The notes: generated from the letters alone by a model not told the origin. A stretch of 64,000 nucleotides of DNA from an uncultured Spirochaetota bacterium (GCA_963745235.1 CAVUXE010000052.1:256001-320000); one strand, 5' to 3'; counted from the stretch's first letter, positions 48,845 through 59,653 are shown. Program-made: numbers and translations.

Positions 48845-51662
48845 TCAGCGGGGAGACTGGCCATGACCGGACCGGTCGCGGATGCCCGCGAGCACTGCCT
48901 CCTGGTCAACCGGGCAGACTGTCCACGCGGACGCCGACGGCGTTGTAAATGGCGTTCGTGATGGCGGGGGCTGTCGGGACGGCGACGATCTCCCCAGCCC
49001 CCTTGGCGCCGAAAGGTCCCGTGGAAACGGGATGCTCAACTGCGATGGAGACTATCTCCGGCACGTGGGTGATCGAAGGCATGCGGTAGCGCGCCAGTCG
49101 ATCCGTGACCACCTTCCCGCCCTCCACAATGAAGCGCTCGGTCAGGGCGTGGCCGATGCCCATGATCGCCCCTCCTTCGATCTGCGCCCTGAGCCCGAGA
49201 GGATTGATGACCGCACCGACGTCATTTGCCGCGACCAGCCTCGTGACGCGCACCTCCCCCGTCCGTGTATTGACCTCCACCTCCGCGGCCTGCGCGGCAA
49301 AGGAGAACGCAACGTGCATGTCGCCCTCTTCTCCGAGCGGCTGTGTGGCGGGGGCGCTGTAGGTGGCCGACACTCGCAGCGGGCGTCCGGATGACGTCAT
49401 CAGCTCCGCAACCTCGCGAAAAGTAAAGGTGCGGTCCTTCAAGCGGGCGATTCCCTGCGAGAAGCTTATCTCCGCGGCGCCCGCAGCGTAGCGGGCTGAG
49501 AGCTCGCCTGTCATCATGGCGCGCAGGGCGGCGGCGCTCTTTCGCACGGAGTTTCCCGTAACGTAGGTCTGGCGCGAGGCGGTCGTGGGCCCGCCGTCTG
49601 GAGTCAGGTCGGTGTCGGAGAGCAGGACGCGTACCCCCTCTGGCTCAGTGCCAAGCTCTTCGGCGGCAATCAGCTGCAGCACCGTCGGAAGTCCCTGTCC
49701 AAGCTCTGCTGATGAGCAGCGAACTTCGAAGGAGCCGTCCGAAAAGAGCTCCACCTCCGAGGTTGCGCGGTCCTGGGCGCCTCCGCCGAGGCCGGTGTTC
49801 TTGTAGGCGACGGCAATGCCCCACGCCCGGCGCAGATGCGGCATGCCGAGGACTTCCTTCGCGGCAAAGGGTTCAGCTCCGCCGAGGCGGATCATCTCGG
49901 CCTGTACGCGGTCGATGCACTCCCGCAACCCCACGCTTTCGCGGAGGACTTGACCAGTGTTCGTTACGCTTCCCGTGCGAAGCGCGTTGATTCGCCGCAG
50001 GTCGACGGGGTCAACGTGGAGCTTCTCGGCAAGCATGTCCATCGCACTTTCGACGGCGAACGCGGATTGCAGGACGCCGAATCCTCGAAATGCGCCGGCA
50101 GGCGGGTTGTTCGTGTACACCGCGAAGCAGTCTGCCTTCACGTTCGGCACCTCGTAGGGACCGGACGAGTGTGTCGTGGCGCGTGTCATCACGATCTCAC
50201 CAAGGGAGGCGTAGGCACCCGTGTCACCGTACAGGAACGTTTCACAGGCGGTCAGCTTCCCATCCCGCTTTGCTCCGAGCCTCACGCGGATCTGGGTGGC
50301 ATGTCGCTTGGGATGAACGATCAGGCTTTCCTGTCGATCGAAGAGAAGCTTCACCGGCCTCCCCGTCGCCGCAGCCAGCAGGGCGGCATGTATCTGTCCG
50401 GCAATATCCTCTTTTCCGCCGAAGCCGCCGCCGATCAGCTGGCCGATGACGCGCACGCGGGCCTCGGGAACGCCAAGGGCGCTTGCGACCTGGGTGCGGT
50501 CTTCGTACGGGATCTGCGACCCGACATAGACCTCCATCCGTCCGTCAGGGGTCGGGCGCGCTATGCTGCACTCCGGTTCCATGAAGGCATGGTCGTAGGT
50601 GGGCGTGTGGAAGGTGTGATCGATCACCGCCTCGGCCTCGGCAAAGCCGCGCTCCGCGTCTCCCCGACGCACCTGGATGTGCTTGAGCAGATTTCCGTTC
50701 GGATGGATGGCAGGGGAATCGGATTGAAGCGCCGCCACCGGGTCCGTGACCACCGGGAGCGGGTCAATGCGGACGTCAATCAGATCGAGCGCGCGGCCTG
50801 CCGTCTCGCGCGTGTCTGCGGCGACCAGTGCCAGGGCGTCCCCGACGGTGCGCACCCTTTCCCCGACTCCCACGAGCACGGGCCAGTCCTGCACGATGAC
50901 CCCATGGTTGTGCTCGCCAGGGATGTCCGGAGACACGAGCACTGCCGCGACGCCGGGCAAGGCCCTGGCCCGGCTCACGTCGACGCTGCGCACCAGGCCT
51001 GACGGCACGAGCGCCCGCTTCACCCTGGCGTGGAGCATTCCGGGGAAAGAAAGATCATCCGTGTACAGCGCCTTGCCCGTGACCTTGTCGATGGCGTCGG
51101 CACGCGGCACGACTGTCCCCACTGCTCGATGCTGAACCATGGACCGCGGTATGTCCCTCGGTGGATCGACCGGCAGACCGCGTGCGGCCGCACGAGCCGC
51201 CGCCCGGATGGCGCGGATGATTCCCCCATAGCTCCCACAGCGGCAGAGCGTGTCCTTGAGCTCAGCCTTGATCTCTTCTTCGTCGGGGTCGGCATTTTCG
51301 CGCAGCAGCGCATAGGCGGCCATGAGCTGGCCGGGCGTACAGAACCCGCACTGGACCACCCCGTACTTCACAAACGCGTCCTGGAGCGGATGCAGGCCGT
51401 TGGAGGAGGGCCCCGTTTTCGCAAGCCCTTCTATGGTGAGCACCTCCTTGCCGCGGGCCTTCGCGGCGGGACACGTGCACGAGAGAACCGGGCGGCCATC
51501 CAGGAGCACCGTGCAGGCTCCGCACTCCGATTCGTTGCAGCCGATTTTTGTTCCCGTCAGCCGAAGCCGTGAACGCAGCAGGTCGGAGAGCATCTCCCCC
51601 GGCTGCTCCTCAACGGCGACGGCGGCGCCGTTGACCGTAAGCTCGATCGTTTCCCGGCTCAT
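48845..51662 (-). CDS. Xanthine dehydrogenase-family 2Fe-2S + molybdopterin subunit fusion (frameshift at ~48913)
   Basis: [57 protein letters not shown]. Confidence 0.93.
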
Positions 51663-52545
51663 GCCGCTGCCTGGACCGCCGCGGTCCGCTCCCAGGCTGC
51701 CGCGACAACCTCCTGCAGGAGCACCTCGCTCAACAGGTAGCGATAGTCGGCGCTTGCCCGGCCCGGGCTCAGCGGAGCCTCAAGGCGTTCCTCACCTCTC
51801 GAAGCATCGCCTCGACGCTCTGGTCGGTCAGGCTCTTTCCCCGGAGGGTCCCCTCCAGCTCGGCCGCCCGGCTGGGAACGGGTCCGGAAGGGCCGACTGC
51901 GATCCGGATGTCATGGATGTAGTTCTCTCTTCGATCCAGCCAGACCGCCGCATTCAGAATGGGAAGGGCAACTCCCTGCGGTCTCATGATCCGGTCGAAG
52001 GCCGAAGAATGTCCTGCGCCGGTCGGGATGTGGAAGCCGACAAGGATCTCGCGGCCGCCTGACAGAGCGGACTCGCCCGGTCCGCGGTAAAGCTCAGGAA
52101 GAGGCACTCGCCGCCGGCCGTACGAGCCGGCAATTTCCGCCTCCGCGCCCAGCGCAAGCAGCGCTATCGCGCCGTCCGCCGCGGGCAGAGCGTGGGCAAC
52201 GTTGCCTCCCAGCGTGGCTGCGCTGCGCACCTGGGGCCCACCGATCATGCCGCATGCCTCGGCAAGGGCACGAGCGTGCGCCCGCACTAGGAGATGCGTG
52301 GCCACATCGCACACCGGCACCGCAGCGCCGATGAACAAGGAGTCCCCGCGCAGCTCGATATCAAGAAGCTCGGGGACCGCCGAAACGTCGATGAGGGTAT
52401 GCACGGGAGCGTGTCGACCCTGCTGCAGCTCGAGGAGCACGTCCGTGCCGCCCGCGATCAGGCACGCCGGCGCGGCTGCTTCTCCCATGGTTTGCAGCGC
52501 ATCATCGACGGAATGTACAGAGGTATATTTGAACCAGAGACTCAT
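51659..52545 (-). CDS. Xanthine dehydrogenase-family FAD subunit (frameshift at ~51770)
   Basis: IAGGTD, IGGPQVR..ATLGGN...A.PAAD; C-terminal SPGRASADYR in the shifted frame ends in an ATGA overlap. Confidence 0.9.
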
Positions 52546-52625
52546 CGGTGGACTCCTTCTGGGGCGGCACTTTTCGACGGGTTTCTGCCCGACGCCGGCA
52601 CGGATTTCCGTGACGACCACCGATG
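52543..52625 (-). promoter_or_regulatory. Structured 5' leader of the XDH operon (candidate riboswitch)
   Basis: CAUCGGUGG pairs with CCACCGAUG (includes the AUG), enclosing two hairpin arms; TTGCAA-N17-TAATAT promoter just upstream. Confidence 0.45.
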
Positions 52626-52752
52626 CTGATTTGTCGCTTATATATTACCACTTCGGTCAGGTATTTGCAAGAAAATGCGTCATTACCTTTTGACAGGCAA
52701 AATCACAAATCCGCTGATTTCTTTCATCACACCCAGGGTCTACCTTGTGGGC

Positions 52753-52995
52753 ATGGCATCGCCGTTCTGTACGATCTGCAGAGGTTTGGGAGACACGGAA
52801 GGACGTCTCAGCTGCGAAGCTTTCCCCCTTGGAATTCCAAAGGAAGTCTACCCATGTGGGTGCGTCCCTCACGGGGGGCGTGGCTTCGGGTTCACGCCGA
52901 GACGGGGCATGGAAGAGACCGCGGCGCGGTGGGCGGGGCTCGACGGGGAAGAAAGTTCGCGGGGCGTCTCACCGATCAGTCAGCGTCCCGGCTGA
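52753..52995 (+). CDS. Small Cys-rich protein (CxxC...CxAFPxGIP)
   Basis: TACCTT-N6-ATG leaderless start; motif recognised by eye. Confidence 0.55.
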   Translation: MASPFCTICRGLGDTEGRLSCEAFPLGIPKEVYPCGCVPHGGRGFGFTPRRGMEETAARWAGLDGEESSRGVSPISQRPG

Positions 52996-53074
52996 GCTCC
53001 TCAGGAACAGCCTTCACCGCGGATGGGGGCTCGAGCAGAATGCTCAGGGCGCTGGGGAAGGCGGCAGAGACGAA

Positions 53075-54148
53075 TCAGTGCTGGCTGTCGGCGGGAAGCC
53101 GTATTGAACCTGATCCGCAGCCGGGGAGCTCTGACGCGCCCTCCTTGCCCACGCTGTTCCACAAGTCAGACGGGCCGAGGCCAATGCGCCAGAAGGCCAC
53201 GGACCTGATGTCTTTTGACTTGTACAGCTGAAGTTTTTCTCCAAGGGACCGCAGGTCGTCGTAGAACACTCGAACGACGACTTTCTCCGAATACTCGAAA
53301 TACGACCCTAGCTCAGAGACGTAGTTCATCCTCGGGTTCTTTTCAGTTATGATGTCCTGCACATTTTGAAACCCCATGGCTCGTGACAGCTTCTTGTCCT
53401 GCCACGCCCTGCCGTAGAGGGGTAATCCCATCACGATCTTGTCATTTTCGATTGTACTCTGCGCGTAATCAAGCACCTCCGAGCACCAGGGAAGCGAGGC
53501 GACGGGGCCCGGCGAGCTGGTGCTCCAGTGCTCGTCATAGGCCATGATGACCACCCGGTCCACAAGGGGCGCAATATTTGAATACGCATACGCGTCTGCC
53601 TTCGGCGTTGTCCTGGCAGGAACGGCGACGCTCAGCATTTTCCCGGGAGGAAGCTTCCCTCTCAGGCCCCGGAGAAAATCCCAGAAATATTCGCCGTCGT
53701 CCGCAGAGACAGTCTCAAAATCTATCTGCACCCCGTCGAAGCCCTGCGAAACTCTGCATATGTCATCTATGAGCAGAGGCCGCACTCCGTACACGGGACT
53801 CAGCGAAAAGTGCATGAGCGGGGGGCTGGAGAGCTCGGTAATGACAAGGTCGATCCGGGGCGTCGACCCGTCATCAAGGAAGACCAGGGGCCGGGCGACT
53901 GTATCCTCTATGCGCCCCTCGTTGTTCACGCTTGCGCTGAAATAGCAAAGATGCGTAAAGGGTTCAGTTCCCGTCAGCTCGGCCTCGCGGCCTCGCATGA
54001 GATAGCCCCAGATGTCTTCGAAAACGATCTTCTCCGGGAGGGCGGCGCTGGTGCTTTTCGTGGAAGCGCAGCCGCTCAAAGCGCCTGCCGCGACAGCAAT
54101 CAGAGCGCATGCAAGGAGAAGCAAGCCTCGCTTGATTGACGACCCCAT
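53075..54148 (-). CDS. GH18 glycoside hydrolase lipoprotein
   Basis: Lipobox LSGC; FDGVQIDFE, IMAYDEHW...PGPVAS, MGLPLYG, AFWRIG. Confidence 0.88.
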   Translation of the reverse strand: MGSSIKRGLLLLACALIAVAAGALSGCASTKSTSAALPEKIVFEDIWGYLMRGREAELTGTEPFTHLCYFSASVNNEGRIEDTVARPLVFLDDGSTPRIDLVITELSSPPLMHFSLSPVYGVRPLLIDDICRVSQGFDGVQIDFETVSADDGEYFWDFLRGLRGKLPPGKMLSVAVPARTTPKADAYAYSNIAPLVDRVVIMAYDEHWSTSSPGPVASLPWCSEVLDYAQSTIENDKIVMGLPLYGRAWQDKKLSRAMGFQNVQDIITEKNPRMNYVSELGSYFEYSEKVVVRVFYDDLRSLGEKLQLYKSKDIRSVAFWRIGLGPSDLWNSVGKEGASELPGCGSGSIRLPADSQH

Positions 54149-54208
54149 ACAAGTCTACAAATCCTACCGTTCGCGGGGCCCTTGTCAAGCTCGACATGCA
54201 TTCGGGAG

Positions 54209-55339
54209 TCAGGCACCCGACCTCAGGTCGGCATCTACGGGCGCGGACTTGATCAGGTCGGTGAGCCGCCGGTGCCAGCCGATGTCGCGCCACATGCCGA
54301 CAAACTGCGGCCCGCAGAAGTTGGACGTCGCAAGGGCCACCCAGCGTCCCTGCCGGACCGCGTGCTCCACGCCCATGGCGGTCAGGTCTTTGACCCAGCC
54401 CCAGTCCAGGCCGGGCCAATCCTTGTAGTCCACCACCGCCCAGCACTCGGTGGTGATGAGGGGCCTCCCCGAAGCGCGCGACCAGGCGGCCACGCCGTCG
54501 ATTTCTGCCATGAGCGCAGCATCGTATTTCTGCTTGCCCTCCCGATAGACGCGATACCCGTTGTCCACGATGTTTTCGAACCCCCGCGGATCGAACTTCT
54601 CGAAATTGTAGCCAACGCGCTCGTTCCAGTCGCTGGTGCCCGGAAACGACATCCAGACGTGAGGCTCCAGGAGGTCGAGCATGGAAACGTCCTGGTCCTT
54701 CCAGTCCCTGTATTGCGTGCAGAAAGAAAACGTGTAGTCGAGCCTTGGATACTGGCGCCCGGTTTCCTTGATGGCCTCCCGCATCCAGGCGGCGATTTCC
54801 GGCAACCTGCGCGACTTCTCCTGATTGGAAGGGGTATTTTCGTTGCCGCCGTAGAGGTACGGCGTCCAGAAGGGCGTGGGAAACTCGTTGCTGAAATCGA
54901 CGTACAGAATTGCCTCCAGGAGCCCTGCCTCCTCCAGATAGCGCAGCGTATCAGTCCAGATCAGCGCGTGGTCAGCCGGCGTCCTGATGCCGTTCCTCAT
55001 GCCTGTGGCGTCGAGCCGGTTCCATGTGGACAGGCCCACCCTGACTCCGCGGTTACGGCACCCGGCCACGAACTCGCGCAGCTCAGGACCCACGCGAAGG
55101 CTCACTTTCGACTGCGCTCCCCACGCGGTCTGGTTCCAAAGGGGGAGCAGGTCCCAGACCCTGTCAGGGGAAGCGGAAACCAGGTGCGGGTAGGCATCTA
55201 TGCGCACGGCATCGTAGCCGCGCTCCAGAAGCTCATCCAGGGCCTTGCCCCAGTCCTCGTACCCGGCACCGGGCCAGCGGCGCTCGAGCCACGAGAAGTC
55301 CCACATTGCTATGGCGAGGGGTCGTTCGATTCTCACCAA
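54209..55339 (-). CDS. Cellulase-like (clan GH-A) glycoside hydrolase
   Basis: MWDFSWLERRWPGAGYEDW, RGYDAVRIDAYPH, NE, ITTECW. Confidence 0.8.
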   Translation of the reverse strand: MVRIERPLAIAMWDFSWLERRWPGAGYEDWGKALDELLERGYDAVRIDAYPHLVSASPDRVWDLLPLWNQTAWGAQSKVSLRVGPELREFVAGCRNRGVRVGLSTWNRLDATGMRNGIRTPADHALIWTDTLRYLEEAGLLEAILYVDFSNEFPTPFWTPYLYGGNENTPSNQEKSRRLPEIAAWMREAIKETGRQYPRLDYTFSFCTQYRDWKDQDVSMLDLLEPHVWMSFPGTSDWNERVGYNFEKFDPRGFENIVDNGYRVYREGKQKYDAALMAEIDGVAAWSRASGRPLITTECWAVVDYKDWPGLDWGWVKDLTAMGVEHAVRQGRWVALATSNFCGPQFVGMWRDIGWHRRLTDLIKSAPVDADLRSGA

Positions 55340-55384
55340 AAGAAATTACTTGACAAAGGGCCCAAGCGGAGCAACAATCGATTG

Positions 55385-56542
55385 ATGTCCGGACAAGCTG
55401 TAACTACAAGTAAGCATGCTGAGATAAGCGATTGGATCAGGGCAGAAATCGATGCTGGATCCATCCGTCCTGGAGATCGCCTTCCGTCAGAGAGTGAGCT
55501 CTGCAAACGGTTTGGAGTCTCACGCACATCGGTTCGCCTCGCAATCGCAAACCTTTCCCGGGAAGGTCTTCTAGAATCGCAGAAAGGGATAGGAACGTTC
55601 TGCCGTACGTTTAAGCCCAAAGCTGCCAAAGATCTCGCCCTGGTCTGTTTTTTCCCCAGCTCTTACATCTTTCCGCGGATTGCCTCCGGGTTCGACGAGC
55701 TGACCCACAGGCTCGGGTATCACATGCTTCTCAACCAGTCTGGTCTGAGGCTGGAGAGGGAGCGGGAGATCCTGCGAAAGCTCAGGGCCCGAGGCGTGGG
55801 GGGGATTGCCATAGAGCCAATCAATCCCGGCTCGAATGATCCGCGGAATCCCGTCGCCCTGGATAAGACGAATTATGCTCTCATACGGGAAATCAGGGAC
55901 TCGGGGATCGGGATTGTCCTCCTGGACAGCGATTTCGGAGACGGCAGCTTTCCTTCGATAACCATCAGTGACAAGCGCGGGGGCGAGATGGCGGCCCGAT
56001 ACCTCTGGGAGCGCGGCCATCGGGAGATCGGGATTGTCTGCTCACAGGACCATCTTGCAAAAAAGCTCAGGTCGTGGGGCGCGCAGGATTTTCTCGGAGC
56101 GGCGGGAAGCCCCGTTCCCGAGACCTGGAGGATTCTGCCTGAGCGCACCAGCGGCGCTGAGCAGGCAATCGAGGAGTTCTTCGCCGGCGCCGCCGCGTTT
56201 CCGCGGGCTTTCATCTGCACGAACGACGAGGAGGCGGTTGCCCTGTACAGGGTTGCCTCTCGGAGGGGGCTGCGCGTGCCACGGGACATCTCGCTCATCA
56301 GCTTCGACAACTCGGACTACGCGAGGCTGCCCGGCCTGGATCTCACCTCCATTGACCATCCCGGAGCGTTCATCGGGGAGAAGGCGGCCCAGATCCTCGC
56401 TGATTACGCGGCCTTCCCGCACGTGAAGTTCTCCAACGCGATATCGATCGAACCTGTCATCGTGGAACGTTCATCGGTCCTGGACGTGCGCCCCCGTACG
56501 GGGCCTGCAAAACAGCTTCAAGCTCGAGGAGGAACGGAATGA
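55385..56542 (+). CDS. GntR-HTH + LacI-type sensor regulator (AraR-like)
   Basis: GDRLPSESEL...FGVSR.SVR.A...GTF; RVPRDISLISFDN; TTGACA-N17-AACAAT-N6-ATG. Confidence 0.92.
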   Translation: MSGQAVTTSKHAEISDWIRAEIDAGSIRPGDRLPSESELCKRFGVSRTSVRLAIANLSREGLLESQKGIGTFCRTFKPKAAKDLALVCFFPSSYIFPRIASGFDELTHRLGYHMLLNQSGLRLEREREILRKLRARGVGGIAIEPINPGSNDPRNPVALDKTNYALIREIRDSGIGIVLLDSDFGDGSFPSITISDKRGGEMAARYLWERGHREIGIVCSQDHLAKKLRSWGAQDFLGAAGSPVPETWRILPERTSGAEQAIEEFFAGAAAFPRAFICTNDEEAVALYRVASRRGLRVPRDISLISFDNSDYARLPGLDLTSIDHPGAFIGEKAAQILADYAAFPHVKFSNAISIEPVIVERSSVLDVRPRTGPAKQLQARGGTE

Positions 56543-57840
56543 GAAAAGCCACTCTGTCTCTGCTCATCGCGGCCGTCCTGATCGCCGTCACGGGCGCAGG
56601 GGCCGCATTCGCCGCGGACATCCAGGCAAAGATCACTGTCTGGGCCTGGCCATCAGCGGACAAGGCGTTTGATTCGATCATCGCCGGCTTCAACGCGAAG
56701 TACCCGGGCATCCAGGTGACCTGGGAGATGAAACCCGGCCAGGCGGCCGGCACGCGGGACGCGCTGCTGGCGGCAATGGCGGCCGGAGCGGGAGGACCCG
56801 ATGTCGCGCTCCTGGAGATCAACGACATCGGCATGTACGCGCTGCACGGCGGGTTCGTCGACCTGCGCCAGCCCCCCTACAATGCGCAAAAGTACAAGGC
56901 AGATTTCGTGGGCTACAAGTGGGACCTGGCAACCGCGCCGGACGGCTCCCTGTTCGCCTTCCCCTGGGACATCGGGCCCGCGGGGATCTTCTATCGCCGC
57001 GACCTCCTGGACAAGGCCGGGGTTCCGTCTGACCCCGATCGCCTGGCAAAGCTCATCAGGACCTGGGATGACTTCGTCGCGGTCGGAAAGAAAGTCAACG
57101 ATCCGAAAAACAAGGTCTGGTGGATCGACACGGCGCAGGGGATTCCGTACATCTACTACGCCCACAAGAATTTCTTCGACAAGGACATGAACATCGCCAT
57201 CGACAGTCCCACCACGCGCAGGGTGCTCACCATTGCCAAGCAGCTGAGGAACGCGGGAATGGACGCCAAGGCATCCCTGTGGACGGATGAATGGTACACG
57301 ATGCTCAACACGGGCCGCGTTGCCACCAGCATCGTCGGCTGCTGGTTCGGCGGCTTCCTCAAGAGCTGGATCGCCAAGGACACCGGGGGCAAGTGGGGAG
57401 TCATCCCCATTCCCGAGCAGCCCCTGCAGAACTGGGGCGGGTCGTTCCTCGGCATCCTGCAGACCAGCCAGAACCCGGAGGCGGCGTGGAAGTTCGTGGA
57501 GTACGTGTGCGCGGATGCGGAGGCTGAGAACACCATCATGAAGACGGTGGACTACTTCCCCGCGTACAAGCCCGCATGGAAGGACCCCATGTACGATCAG
57601 CCTGATCCGTTCTTCGGCGGTGAGAAGACGCGCAGGCTCTGGGCGAATATCGCAAGCTCCCAGGGACCTTTCGTCGTTTCTCCCCTCGATGCCCAGGCCG
57701 AGCAGGCGTTCAACGTGGAGCTCGGGAAGTTCCTGGATCAGAACCTCGCCGTGGAGCCGACCATCAAGGCCATGGTGCAGGCAATCGACGAGAAGACCGC
57801 AGCGGACCGCAAGATCGTGCTGCAGATGATGGGACGGTAG
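56539..57840 (+). CDS. Sugar ABC transporter substrate-binding protein
   Basis: ITVWAW, GPDV, PWDIGP..IFYRRD, NWGGS. Confidence 0.92.
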   Translation: MRKATLSLLIAAVLIAVTGAGAAFAADIQAKITVWAWPSADKAFDSIIAGFNAKYPGIQVTWEMKPGQAAGTRDALLAAMAAGAGGPDVALLEINDIGMYALHGGFVDLRQPPYNAQKYKADFVGYKWDLATAPDGSLFAFPWDIGPAGIFYRRDLLDKAGVPSDPDRLAKLIRTWDDFVAVGKKVNDPKNKVWWIDTAQGIPYIYYAHKNFFDKDMNIAIDSPTTRRVLTIAKQLRNAGMDAKASLWTDEWYTMLNTGRVATSIVGCWFGGFLKSWIAKDTGGKWGVIPIPEQPLQNWGGSFLGILQTSQNPEAAWKFVEYVCADAEAENTIMKTVDYFPAYKPAWKDPMYDQPDPFFGGEKTRRLWANIASSQGPFVVSPLDAQAEQAFNVELGKFLDQNLAVEPTIKAMVQAIDEKTAADRKIVLQMMGR

Positions 57841-57849
57841 AATGACCTT

Positions 57850-57873
57850 GGGGGCGGCCAGGCCGCCCCCTTT
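57850..57873 (+). terminator. Intra-operon stem-loop after the SBP gene
   Basis: GGGGGCGGCC-A-GGCCGCCCCC-TTT. Confidence 0.6.
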
Positions 57874-57890
57874 CCCATGAGGACAGGCTG

Positions 57891-58799
57891 ATGAAAATGG
57901 CCCGGCAGCAGATCGGCAAAGTGGTCACCGCGTACACCTACATCGCGCCGTTCTTTCTCCTGTTCCTCCTCTTTGGCCTCTTCCCCATCGTCTACTCGCT
58001 TTTCCTCAGCTTCACGTGGTGGAAAGGGATGGGGAGACAGATCTTCGTCGCCTTCGACAATTACAAGGCCCTCTTCCATGACAGGACTTTCTACAAGGCC
58101 CTGTACAACACGGCCTACATCTGGGTCTTTGCTCATCTCTTGATCCTTCCCGGAGGCTTCCTCGTCGCATACCTGCTGAACACGGAGTACGTGAAGCGGA
58201 AGAACCTGTTCCAGGCTCTTTTCTTCACGCCCATGGTGACGTCCACCATCGCGGTGTCCCTCGTCTTCTCCACCCTCTTCGGGGAGCAGTTCGGCGTGCT
58301 GAACTGGTTCCTGGAAGGGCTCGGCATTCAGCCGATTTCCTGGTTCCACGGCAACGGCGGGTGGATCAAGCCGGTGATCATCCTTCTCTTTGCCTGGCGG
58401 TGGATCGGGTGGAACATGGTGATCTATTTCGCCGGAATGCAGGGGATAGACCGCGAGCTGTACGAGTGTGCGGCCGTAGAGGGCGCCAACAAGGCCCAGA
58501 TCCTTGGCCGCATCACCATCCCGCTCATGAAGCCGGTGATCCTGTATACGCTGGTGCTGTCCTTCATCGGGGGAATGCAGATATTTGACGAGCCGTTCAT
58601 CCTCACCGGGGCCTCCTACGGGTATATCGGCGGGACCAACCAGGCGGGGCTGACTCTGGCGACGCAGCTCTACGAGATCGGGTTTCGAACAGGCAACATG
58701 GGCACCGCTTCGGCGCTGGCATACACCATCATGGCAATCATTGCCGTCCTGAGCATCTTCAGCATCCGCCTCTTTGCGGGGAGAGGGGAACGGGTATGA
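57891..58799 (+). CDS. Carbohydrate ABC permease
   Basis: WRWIGWNM, ELYE.A.VEGA, QIFDEP. Confidence 0.92.
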   Translation: MKMARQQIGKVVTAYTYIAPFFLLFLLFGLFPIVYSLFLSFTWWKGMGRQIFVAFDNYKALFHDRTFYKALYNTAYIWVFAHLLILPGGFLVAYLLNTEYVKRKNLFQALFFTPMVTSTIAVSLVFSTLFGEQFGVLNWFLEGLGIQPISWFHGNGGWIKPVIILLFAWRWIGWNMVIYFAGMQGIDRELYECAAVEGANKAQILGRITIPLMKPVILYTLVLSFIGGMQIFDEPFILTGASYGYIGGTNQAGLTLATQLYEIGFRTGNMGTASALAYTIMAIIAVLSIFSIRLFAGRGERV

Positions 58800-59650
58800 G
58801 CGCGCCTGCGCGGGCCGCTATCGGGAGCCAGGGCATCCGAGCCCTGGTCCTCGCCATGCTGGGACTCCTGGCCGTCCTGACCTTCTTTCCCTTTTATATG
58901 ATGGTCATCCAGGCCACGCACACCTCGGAGGAGATCCTCACCACGCCGCCCCCGCTGGGGCCCGGCGTCCACTCCCTGCACAACTACGCGAAGGTGGTAG
59001 CGGTGGTCCCCTTCTGGAGGAACTTCCTCAACAGCGTGATCGTCTCCAGCAGCATCACGGCGCTGACCCTCCTTTTCTGCTCCCTGGGGGGCTACGCGTT
59101 CGCCGTGTACCAGTTTCCTCTGAAGCGGCTCCTGTTTGCGACACTCCTGGGCACCATGATGCTTCCCTGGCTCGTGGATCTCATCCCCTGGTTCATCATC
59201 GTGACCCGGCTGCACTGGCTCAATTCCTTCCTGGCCCTGGTGGTCCCCTCCGCGGTGAGCGCCTTCGGAGTATTCTGGATGCGGCAGTACATCTCGTCCA
59301 ACGTGCCCATGGAGCTTCTGGATGCCGCCAGGATCGACGGCTGCCCTGAGGGGCTGATTTTTTTCAGGGTCGTCGTCCCCATCCTGACCCCGGCCCTTGC
59401 CGCCCTGGCCATCATGAACTTCCTGCCGAGCTGGAACAGCTTTTTCTATCCCCTGCTCGTTCTCACGAAGGCGAAGGTCATGACGCTTCCCCTCGTGCTG
59501 AATCTCCTGCGCGGAGATCCGTATCGCGGGATGGATTACGGCGTGCTGATGACCGCGACCACAATGGCGCTGGCGCCTGTCATGATCGTATTCTGGCTGG
59601 CTGCCCGCCGCTTCATCAGCGGCATGACCGCCGGCGCAATCAAGGGGTAA
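58796..59650 (+). CDS. Carbohydrate ABC permease
   Basis: AFGVFWMRQY, ELLDAARIDG, WN.F..PL. Confidence 0.92.
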   Translation: MSAPARAAIGSQGIRALVLAMLGLLAVLTFFPFYMMVIQATHTSEEILTTPPPLGPGVHSLHNYAKVVAVVPFWRNFLNSVIVSSSITALTLLFCSLGGYAFAVYQFPLKRLLFATLLGTMMLPWLVDLIPWFIIVTRLHWLNSFLALVVPSAVSAFGVFWMRQYISSNVPMELLDAARIDGCPEGLIFFRVVVPILTPALAALAIMNFLPSWNSFFYPLLVLTKAKVMTLPLVLNLLRGDPYRGMDYGVLMTATTMALAPVMIVFWLAARRFISGMTAGAIKG

Positions 59651-59653
59651 TGT

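Noticed and set aside
51769-51771. In-frame TGA in the XDH FAD subunit as selenocysteine
   Set aside because: Read-through gives non-homologous sequence; the conserved SPGRASADYR tail is in another frame, so this is a frameshift.
54182-55384. 786-aa GntR fusion protein
   Set aside because: The N-terminal part is the antisense shadow of the cellulase-like gene; the real start is ATG55385 with its own promoter.
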